Part shown: positions 11,973 through 23,500 of the stretch, piece by piece | How the letters are laid out: the number at the start of each line of letters is the position of its first letter | Position numbering within the stretch: position 1 is the stretch's first letter | NCBI RefSeq assembly: GCF_037042905.1 | Contig: NC_087246.1 | Location: 10,230,001 to 10,294,000, forward strand | DNA from: Lytechinus pictus | Taxonomy: Eukaryota | Length of the DNA stretch: 64,000 nt | Direction: 5' to 3' | The notes under the pieces: model-generated | Seen by the model: only the letters and a program-made list of their open reading frames with translations | Database searches by the model: none | What the model was told of the DNA's origin: nothing | Made by a program: the position numbers and the translations under genes

Positions 11973-13570
11973 AATAGCACGTCATAATTAAAAAAACATT
12001 TCATTATTTCTGTCATTATAGTTTATAGTTACACTCATTGAAATAGTAAAAGACCCATCCTCATTTAAAATTGTGAGGAATAGTAAAGTTTTATGGTCTA
12101 TTAAAATCCGGCTGAAATATGTTAATCATGTTAATGAGTTGTTTCCACTGTCTTTAATTTGTGTTCGTTTTCAATTTAATTTGTAAATACGAACCCCATG
12201 AAGTTCTGGACGTATTCCTTTTGCACATATTGATATGTGCTAACTTACATTAATACATTTTGAAAATGTACATAAAAGAAAAAATTTTGTGATTTTTTTG
12301 CATGGACAGCCCCCCCCCCCTCCTTTCAAATACGTTCTGTTGCCCATGCATTTCACAGTACTCCTTGTATGAAATGATGATTAAACTATGGCAAAAACTT
12401 CAAACCAGTGACGGATCCCGATAGCCCCCCCCCCCCCTGAGATCGAGGCACTATTTAGTGCATACACAAGTTAAGACCTTTTTCATCCCCCCCCCCCCCT
12501 GAATCACCATTAATTGGGAGTGAATACCTTTTGGGGTGACCTTTCAGTTTCTGCATTGTACAAAAATGCCCCCCCCCCCGGTTCCCGGTGTTTGATCTGC
12601 CCCTGATCTGTATTCATTTACTGACACAAGAATTATTTCATGGATTTTCGAATCATTTATTTTTCAATTAATTATTCACTAATTCTTAATTGTTAAAGGG
12701 ATGCTCCGGGCTGAGGATGTCCCAATAAATAGAGTAAAAAGGCAGAGCAAAATGCTGAAAACTAGTCAAAATAGCACGTCATAATTAAAAAAACATTTCA
12801 TTATTTCTGTCATTATAGTTTATAGTTACACTCATTGAAATAGTAAAAGACCCATCCTCATTTAAAATTGTGAGGAATAGTAAAGTTTTATGGTCTATTA
12901 AAATCCGGCTGAAATATGTTAATCATGTTAATGAGTTGTTTCCACTGTCTTTAATTTGTGTTCGTTTTCAATTTAATTTGTAAATACGAACCCCATGAAG
13001 TTCTGGACGTATTCCTTTTGCACATATTGATATGTGCTAACTTACATTAATACATTTTGAAAATGTACATAAAAGAAAAAATTTTGTGATTTTTTTGCAT
13101 GGACAGCCCCCCCCCCTCCTTTCAAATACGTTCTGTTGCCCATGCATTTCACAGTACTCCTTGTATGAAATGATGATTAAACTATGGCAAAAACTTCAAA
13201 CCAGTGACGGATCCCGATAGCCCCCCCCCCCCCTGAGATCGAGGCACTATTTAGTGCATACACAAGTTAAGACCTTTTTCATTCCCCCCCCCCCCCTGAA
13301 TCACCATTAATTGGGAGTGAATACCTTTTGGGGTGACCTTTCAGTTTCTGCATTGTACAAAAATGCCCCCCCCCCCCGGTTCCCGGTGTTTGATCTGCCC
13401 CTGATCTGTATTCATTTACTGACACAAGAATTATTTCATGGATTTTCGAATCATTTATTTTTCAATTAATTATTCACTAATTCTTAATTGTTAAAGGGAT
13501 GCTCCGGGCTGAGGATGTCCCAATAAATAGAGTAAAAAGGCAGAGCAAAATGCTGAAAACTAGTCAAAAT
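11973..13570 (+). repeat. ~797-bp tandem duplication (11973-12769 / 12770-13570)
   Basis: The copies look identical except for C-homopolymer lengths. AAT microhomology at the junction. It duplicates the left end of the Kolobok-type MITE. Confidence 0.9.
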
Positions 13571-14291
13571 CGCGGGATAACAAATAACGAAGTTCAGATT
13601 TGCATTATTCTGGTGAAACAGTTTTAGGCATGTCTTCATGAATATTCATTAGGTGGGCTGATGATGTCATATCCCATATCCCCACTTGTTCTTTTGTATT
13701 TTATTATAAGAAATTAGGTCTATTCAAAAATTTTCTACCAAGAACTAAAACAATTGGATTGACAACCGATTAAGTGCATTAGTTATTTCTTACTGCAATT
13801 TCTTACTGCTGAGCAAAAAAAAGGAGAGAAAGAACGAAAAAAAGAAGGGAAAGATAAAAGAAAAAGAAGGGGAAAAGAAGAGGAGGGAGACAAGTGAATA
13901 AAAAAGGTGAGGGGAAGACTTTTCTACCAAGAACTAAAACAATTGGATTGGCAACCGATTAAGTGCATTAGTTATTTCTTACTGCAATTAGTTCCATCAT
14001 AATGGAGACACGTCATTGTACATATTTGTAAAAAAATGAAACAATTATTGATTATGATTTCATGTAATAGGCCTACCATAAGAAAAAGTAAAGTGGAGAT
14101 GTGACATCATGGCCCACGACCACGTAATGCATATTCATGAAGAAATGCCTCGAATAATATTGTTTAACCGGAATACTACAAATTAAGCTTTGTTATTTGT
14201 TATCCAATTATGATGAAATTTTTTAGCATTTTTCTCTGTGAATTTCAATTTATTTATTGAGATATAAATATCCTCAGCCCGGAGTATCCCT
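13495..14291. mobile_element. Kolobok/T2-type MITE (TTAA TSD, AGGG..CCCT termini), long imperfect palindrome
   Basis: TTAA at 13491-13494 and 14292-14295. TIR AGGGATGCTCCGGGCTGAGGAT versus ATCCTCAGCCCGGAGTATCCCT (21/22). Ends ~250 bp upstream of the UFD1 ATG. Confidence 0.85.
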
Positions 14292-14394
14292 TTAATGATT
14301 GTATTTTTTCCAGTAGTGCTTCTTTTGCCACAGCATTAAGCAAGTATTAGCTTGGCAATAGGTTTATTGTTTAGTTTTTCGATCTTACGGGCTA

Positions 14395-14542
14395 GCTTCT
14401 ACGTCAAGGAACAACAACACATCATCAACATCATTCATCCAGATCCAGTCAATTACCCTTTGCATTGATAATCAAACATTGATAATCAAACTTTGACTAT
14501 CAAGTTCTGTCGAGGAGAAAAGAGTGTATATTTGGCACAATG
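14395..14542 (+). promoter_or_regulatory. Probable UFD1 proximal promoter / first exon
   Basis: CRE-like TACGTCA at ~14400 and a tandem direct repeat of ATTGATAATCAAAC (~14465-14491), followed by CACAATG|gtacgt. This supplies the phase-0 ATG needed by exon 2. Confidence 0.5.
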
Positions 14543-17500
14543 GTACGTAGATCTTTATGCGAACATAATTATTTATTTACTGTGAAGTGTGAATTTTATT
14601 ATTGATCTTTTGCCTATTTTGAATTGCGTGTTTGGTTGTGTGCAGTGGCAGAGAAAATTTGCAAAATTGCTGAATCAGAAAACACTGTAGGATGGGGGAT
14701 CGGGTGTCCGGACACTTTATATTTTTTAAGCCTTCTTTTTTGTCTTAAGATTACACTAAAAATATGAATTCAATAGTTGTAATCATCTTATATTTTGTTC
14801 TCTATAATATTTCCTTACATTTTGTACTAAAAATTGATGACACTTCGCTTGTAATTTTTTCCAAATGACTTTCTAAAATTGATCGTCCGGACACACAACC
14901 TGTCCGGACACACAACAACTGGGTATACTTCAACAGACTTGACTCGTGCCATGGCTGCACATTGCATTGGCATTGCCATTGGAATTGCGCAATAATAAAC
15001 AATGTCATGTCTGCACCCCCTTATAATAAGGCTGAAATCACAAAAAAGATAAAATTAATAGATCTAGACATGATACTATTGATAGATCGGCCTGCCCTTA
15101 TTCTGAAATAAGTTGCCTCTTCTCGTGTGTGTCAGTGTGTGTAGCCAGGAGGCTTCTAGTACAAGTTCTACCACGGGCGAAGTTCGCGTTCGTGCAGGCT
15201 CCACTCCATTTCACTACCGCTGCACTGTGCACTACGCTCCACCTAACCGAACTTCGGGACGGTGAACTCGATCGGATATTCCGAGTGACAAAGGTGGGAT
15301 GGAAATGTTATTTATTGTAAAAATTATAGAAAAAAAATATGAGAAAGTAAAATAGCTTAATTTCTTTGTACTCTTCACCCGTATTTCACTCCGTGTCCAT
15401 CCTCCAGTTATCCTCAAAATTCCTCACACGTATTATTCACGGCCGATTTCAAAACATCGCATGTGATCGGTTTGACCTGCGACCGATCGCATGCGATGTT
15501 TTGAAGAAAAAAAATGGTACCCCATGTCTGCGCACTCATTCACTTTGCACACGATTCAGGGATTTTGATGAGAAAGGCTGCATTTTGAGGCCGTCACATG
15601 AAATGCCCTAAATTCATTATTTTTCCACTATTTTGAGTCAAAATTTTTCATGAATACCTGTCTATGTATTGCATGTGTAAAGTCTGTGTTCGTTGCGTAT
15701 CTTCTTTTAATAGAATCGCGCAGACACGCGAGTGCACAGACAAGGGGGACTGCGCAGACTTGGGGGAACCTGCCATACTTACACTTACATGTAAGTCAAG
15801 AGACTTCATCATCATGGACTTGGAATTGCGCAATAATAAACAATGTCATGTCTGCACCTAGACAGCTGGCAGCCGTCTGTTTCAAGGAGTTTTTTAACAT
15901 TTTTTTTTTTTTTTTTCTCCTCGTACACAGACAGCTTGCTATCATGCAGCCACCATTAGGGGGTTAACAATGCAAAATCCCCCCGACGGGGCTCATCGAT
16001 TTTTGTCTTTATTTCATAATAAATGTATGAAAAGAACTGTACCAAAATAAAGGTTATTATTCTGTTTTGGCCTGAAATGCACCAAAACAGGGAAAAATAA
16101 ACTTAAAAGGGGAAAAAACAGTGACTTACTTCAGCTGTCGCGCAACTTCACTTCCCTGTTTTATCCGAACTTAATACATAAAGATATGGCCATTCAGTCC
16201 CTGTACAGATTGAGCTAGAACTTTGGTCTCTGTATTTGGTGAGTGAGCCAACGGAGTTCAGCAGAACTTTGGTCTAGTCTGCACCCCATATAGATCTAAA
16301 GTTAAGGCTAAGAAAAATTTAAATAAAAAAAAGATAAAATTAATACCGGTACTATAGACATGATAGATATAACATTAGAGACTTCATGGACTTTGAGTAA
16401 CCTGCCTGGAAATGCGACATGTTTTGTTAAGCTTTTCTGCAATATTGTTTTTTGTTCTAAAAAAATGTCTTTTCAAAATTATTGCCTGTCTTTGTAATGT
16501 AAGGGGGGGGGGTTGTGTCCAGACACTTAAAATTTTGAAACCTTCTTTTTTGTCTTTGGATTGCACAAAAAATATGAATAGTAGTAACTTTTTTCAGTTT
16601 TGTTCTCTATAAATATTGCCTTAGACTGTGCACTAAAAAATTGATAAAACTTTGCTTGTTTACTTTTCAAATGGTTGTTTAAAATCGATTGTCCAGACTT
16701 TGGACACACAACAGATGGGTATATCTTAAACCAGAAGCTTCGGTCTCTGTTTTATTGGTTGTTCCGCTGAACTCCGTTGGCTCCACTCACCAATTACAGA
16801 GACCAAAGTTCTAACTTGATCTGTACAGGGACTCGATGGCCATATGTTTATGTCTTAACTATTAAGTTTGGATAAGAAGTGGGAGATGCGTGACAGCCGA
16901 AGTAAGTCTCTGTTTTTTTTTTCCTTATAAGTTTATTTGTTTCTGTTTTGGTGCATTTCACGCCAAAACAGAATAATCATCTTTAGTTTGGTCCAGTTCT
17001 ATATATATGTTTTTTGGAAATAAAGACAAATATTGAAGAGCCCCGTTGTTTTTTTTTGTTTTTTTTACTGTTAACCCCCTAATGGCGGCTGCTTGATTGC
17101 AAGCCCTCTGTGTACGAGGAGATATAAAAAAAAAATTGAAAATGTTAAAAATAGTTTTGTATCTTTGTTTGTATCTAGATCTTTAATAGACCAAAAGCTT
17201 CGGTCTCTGTTATATTGGTTGTTCCGCTGAACTCCGTTGGCTCCACTCAGCTCACCATTTACAGAGACCGAAGTTTTAACTCGATCTGTACAGGGACTCA
17301 ATGGCCATATGTGTATGTATTAAGTTCGGATAAACCAGGGAAGTGGGAGTTGCGCGACAGCCGAAGTAAGTCACTGTTTGGTTTTTTTCCTTTTAAGTTT
17401 TTTTTTCCTGTTTTAGTGCATTTCACGCCAAAACAGAATAATAATCTTTATTTTGGTCCCGTTCTATGTATATATTTTATGAAATAAAGACAAAAATTGA

Positions 17501-20500
17501 TGAGCCCCTTCAGGAGGATTTTGCATTGTTAACCCCCTCATGGCGGCTGCACGATCGCGAGCCGTCTGTGTATGAGGAGAAATTTAAAAAAATTCTAAAA
17601 TGTTTTTAAAAAACTCCTCGAAACAGACAGCTGCCAGCTGTCAAGATCTTTAATTGCCGTTTGTTTTCACCTTCTATCTTAAAATTTCGTATATTCTTGA
17701 AATGTATCAGGAGTCTCTAGGACCCTGATTGCCTGAAAACGATTTTGAACAGGAGGTGTTGGTTTAATGAACTTTAAATTTGACAAGCAAAAAAAAAGGT
17801 TTTCAGTACAGAATGAAAGGTCAAGCTTCGGTCATGAAGAATTATTTGACAAGCAAGAGAAAGGTTTTGCTACAAATTTAGGTCATATTTTATTTTTGGT
17901 TACATTTCTGCTATACGGAATGAAGGCCTGCCGCAAACATGCCGTCAACATGATTTCTTTGCAAGTTCAATGCGGTACAGTTTTTCAGTTTTCTCTTTTT
18001 GATTGGTCATTTTGAAGATACAATTCTAAATTTGGAAAAACATTCATGAACTCAAAACAAAACTACACATTTCTTCATTTTTTGGCGACCCCTCATTTTA
18101 AGTTTATGCATTTAGCCACCGAGTGCTCAGGAGATACAGATGGAGCATATTTCGCATTTTTAATGGCTTAATTTGACTTTTTTTAAGGGGGTTTTGGAGT
18201 TGAAATCAAGGAATTTGATGTGGTGAGTGATAGTGCCTGTTTATATAAGACCAAAACTTCAGTCTCTGTATGTGGTTGTTCCGCTGAATGACATTGGCTG
18301 CACTCACTAATGTCAGAAATTGTTAAATAAAAATGTTGTTAAACTGCAGATGCCAACTGGTTAGACAGGTGCTTTACATACACATTACCCTTTTTTTTTT
18401 AAAGTAAATGTTCTTTGAAAATTTTAGTATATACCTCAACGTTATAAAATTCTATACCTCTGCATTGTTCTTTACGTTTTTAATATTAGGATTCTAGCCA
18501 ATTTGAGGATTGCTTGGTGTATACATGTTTAGCAAAAAGAAAAGAATAGTTCCATCAGAGGTGGATCTTAGAAATGTACAAGAAAAAAGGGAAGGTTTTC
18601 ACTCCCAAATTGAGGACATTTTGTTACAGGAAAAATTTGACATGCAAAAAAAAAAATGTCCTCTGTATGCATGACATATTTCCCTCAAATGTTTTTGGGT
18701 GCCTCTCAAAAGGGGGGAGGGGGCACAGGCCTAATGTGCCCCTGTGCCCCTATCTGGATCTGCCATAACCATGGTGGGAAACAAGAGGGAGAATTTAATA
18801 AAGAGAAAAAAAGGTGAAATATATTATTATAAAATGCAAGTCCTCCCCAGCAGAAAGTTGAATTTATTACAATAGGAAATCAAATTTTATATTTATTTCT
18901 TTTATCTCTACAGTTTGGATTCAACTCATTTGCCTCATTTCCTAACCAGTTCAAGACACAATACAGATGTTTTTCTGTATCTATGCTGTCAGGGACATAC
19001 AGAGAAGATGTAGAAAGAGGAGGAAAAAGTAAGAGGAATACCAAGATTTGTGTGATGGGACACTTTCTGTTTATAATATGGACAAAACTTCTTAATTCAG
19101 GAAGTTAACAACCTTTTAAAGACTTTATATTCGATGTACATATTTCACCAAAACTCTGTGAAAATGTTTGACATTATCTACATGTACTTGAGTGATGTTT
19201 TGTGATGTTTATATGCTACATGTATGATATGATAAACTTGAAAACTTCCCAATCATAAACATCCTCTTTAAGGACATTTACAGTGAGGTTACTGTGTTCT
19301 GTTATTATCTATAATATTCCTTTGCAATAAGTGTAGAAATTAAAATACTAACCTTCAGTATGTCCATCTGTTTTTGGCAAATTACTTGGGGAATCCTCAG
19401 GACTTTGGCTTTCTGAACTTCAGAATGACTTTTTTTCTTATCATCTTATCGATCAAATGAAAACACAATTCATACTGTTGAGATAATTTCAAGATCAGCA
19501 TGTGTTATTTTCTTCCTTCAAAAAGTCTTTGGAATTGGTAATTGGTGGTAATTGGTGTACTTAAAAATGCTAGAAAATAATGCAATAGTATTTGCTACTA
19601 ATAATGATTTTCATTTATAGGTAATTCATTTTTAATATGGTGTTTCTGGTTTAAAAATGATAAGATATTAATATTGATTCTCGTTTCACATTATTTTTGC
19701 AGTTATAATGCCACCATCTGCCCTTGACACTTTGTGTAAGTATACATGTAATTTCGGAGGTTCTTTTTGAAAAAAAGTATTATACGATTAAAGGAAATTT
19801 AACTTTAAGTTACATAATTTTGGGTAAAGGAAACTACCCAAGTACGTACATGTAAGTAAGCCAACTAATATAAAGTAATTTATAACTTTTACCCAGTGAA
19901 TTGGATCACATGTAAGGCAGGAACAAAAATCTTTGAATCATCTGCTTGTAAGGCTATAACTCTCACCAGCCCAGGAACAGTCACAATGATAAAGGAATAA
20001 ATAACTTAGCTCATTTATTATTTTTTTTAATGTGACTTACATTTATAGTCTGCCATGGACATAAGAATGGAATTCTAATTTTTCAAACTTTCCTTGCAAG
20101 CCTTTTTCATTCTATTCACCAATTGTTTTCTTAATTTTTTTTGTGGTCATTTTATACATGGCTTGGGCACAACAATGCTATTTCTTCTTGACAGCAAATC
20201 AGATGTGACCATAATTAGCCATACAAAAGTAAAGGTTCATATTTGTTTGGTTAAAATAAGGCACTGCTTTAGTACATTTCATGTGCAATTAGGATTTGTT
20301 AACTCATATACATGTATATATCATATATGATAAACCAATATCGTTCTTTGCATGTAAGTCAGAGAATGCTAATTGGTAATACTACAAGTGATGTTTATTA
20401 TTATTATTATTGACAAGTCAATGCCAGTCTGTGAGGAGTAATGTGACTTATTTTTCACCAAACAGCACGGCTTCACATTGAATACCCAATGCTATTCAAG

Positions 20501-23500
20501 CTCACAAACAAGAAAGCAAACAGGACAACACATTGTGGAGTCTTAGAGTTTGTAGCAGACGAAGGCAAAGTATATCTCCCATACTGGGTAAGTAATTCAC
20601 TATAAATTGAAAAAAAACTGTCTGCAAAAATACTACTTATATCATATCAATCAGTGTATTGAGAAGAATCGATAACATAACCACAGCAGCAATAATAACA
20701 ATAGATGATGAGGAGGATGATATTAATAATGATAATGCAATGAATATGATGCAACATTTATATAGCATTTAGTACGAATGCTTCCAAGTGCCTTTAGCAT
20801 GCTCTGTCAATAAGGTACCTTAGCATTTCAAGAAATAAATACTTAGAACCCATATACCTCGACTCACCAATTATTTATATCATAAAGAACAGTGATATTA
20901 TAATGATACTAATGAATGATGATACTATTTCCAATGATGTTCTAATTTTCAAGCATTTGATGGTAATTTGATGACACCTGTATATAAATCCTTACTTTGT
21001 TAGCTTACCTTGATATTCCACCCTTTCGTCCTACCCAATCATCTTTTCATCATTAATTGATGTGATATCATTTCTTATGAATAATTTTCAACCATATTCT
21101 AATATATTCCCTTTTTTTTGTTGTGTCTCGCCTGACACCATTTCTCTTTGCATTTATTAATGTCTTAATCAATTTTTGTTGATGATTTTCCAGATGATGC
21201 AGAACTTATTACTTGATCAGGGTGATTTATTAAACATCCAAGTAGAAGCCAATGGTTTGTCTGTGGCAACGTATTCAAAATTTCAACCTCAGTCAGTTGA
21301 CTTCCTTGATATATCAAATCCCAAGGCGGTGTATCCTTTTAAAATTGTGTCAAGTAATTTTGTCATTTTGATGTTTAATCTTAGGATTCAAAATTTTCAA
21401 AATTAAATCAAAATATGTTTCTACCTGTACATGTACTGAATTTGCAGCAAATGTATTGTTGTGGTTATGTTCATTTTAGTCTAGCTTTACAATGTATTTC
21501 CTTTATCCATTCTAAGGTGTGTTTTTTTTTCTCAATTTGATTGTATATTTGCTCTTGCTTGAAACTAATTAATACACGAGTGTGTTAAAATAGCAGAAAA
21601 GACCATTTCGGTACCTTTATATACCTCTTTAAATATTGAATGTTGTGTTAATTGGTTCTTTGATAGATATTAGATCTCTTTTTTAAGCCTATGTTTCCTT
21701 AACCAAACATCAACCAACAGTCTTGAGAACATCTTACGAGGATTTGCTTGTCTGACCAAAGGTGATATGGTGGCTATCAAATATAATGATAAGGTAATGT
21801 CTACCTTAATAACATACAATGTATTTGCACTTGACATTGTTATCCTTGGTAGCTCACATTGAGAAATCTTGGTAGCTCTTTACAATGGTGTACATATGTG
21901 GGGCTTGGGGGCTGTTGACTCCCAGGACCAAGAAGAAAAAAAGAAAGAAAAAGAAAGAAAAGTAAAGGAAAAACTGAAATATTCTCTGAATATTTCAAAA
22001 TTGATCACAATTTGATTTTTGTATCTAAAAGTTAAAAAAACAGCTTTTTGCTTTAACAGATTTTGCACTTAGCCATGTCTGGCCCATCAAAATGTTTTAC
22101 TCATTAGGCCAAGTGCTGGCTCTGTATGAAAAATCTTTTCATTGATATTCACTGACTAATCTCTTTGCCAAATAGATGATCAGATCTAAGTGAAATTACT
22201 GTCATTCAGTCATATGTACTTGTGTAATACTTCTAAGTTTGCTTTTGTGTTGTCACATATTTTTAAAAAATAACTGTACTTTAAGCAGATGACATAGAAA
22301 AACCATGAATTTTGAAAATTTGGAAAATATTTAACTGGTTGTGATTATTTTAATATCTTAGTATTTAATGATAATGACTGTATTTAAATACTCTTTTTTA
22401 CATTTGTACATTGTTGATGATTATGTCATAGGATTAGAGTTTGAAAGAGTTTCTAACTGTTATGGATGAATTTAATAATGATATATAAATATGCTTTATT
22501 ATTTAAAAATGTCTTTCAGATCTATGAGCTAGAAGTTCTTGAAACTAAGCCCAGTGATGCTGTATCAATCATTGAATGTGATATGAGTGTAAGTAGAATT
22601 GATTTATTTTGAAATTCAAAATAAAAGGTGCTTTAAAAAGCCAAGTAATTAATCTTAGAGTTGAATTGTTACAATTATTTGCATTACTATATTCAGTCAG
22701 TCATATTTATCCACTGTACTATTAACCCACTTAGCCCTATGATACCAGGGCCCAGGTTTGAATTTAAATTAGACACTCTTGCTTTGTAAGAATTTGTTTA
22801 CATGTGATTAACTTGAGTTTATCATTCATTTTGATATATTTAAGACAGTGGAATTTGGTTATTCAGGTTATCATGATTTACAAGAAACATGACACCGTCG
22901 TGAAATTCAAGGGTTTTGCCAAGTAGGAATTGGCAGCTTGACACAAAGAAACGGAAGTTGGTCTCCAGGGGGAAGCTATAAAAAAGGCCCGTCGTTTGCA
23001 TAGGACACCAGTTTGCAAGTCTTGGGGGTTGGTGTGATACCCCCTGTGTTGCATATTTATGTAGGTTTTCTGCATGTTTGTAACATTTTTTATTGTTTTA
23101 TATCACTACAGGTTGAGTTTGCACAACCGGTTGATTATGTTGAACCTCAAATACCAAAAGCAAGGGAACACCAACAAGAGGTAAAGTTATATTTCATTAT
23201 CTTTTAACTTGTTTATTTAAAGACCGTCTACCATCATCTATCAAGGGAAAATTAAGAATATTTTGCCAAGGCAATGCAATTTTATCATTTATCATTTAGC
23301 CTTTTACGCTGTTGCCCAGAAGACGGATGCTGACAACATGCATTTCAAATTTTATTTCATTATGAGTGAAAATTTCAATCATCCTTTTGTGTTTCCAGGG
23401 GGGTGTTTCACAAAGATTTAAGTATGACTTAGAGTTGCACTTAAATACTGAGTTGCGATTTGTATGAAAGGCTTGACTGCATTGGTCAGATCGTGTCATG

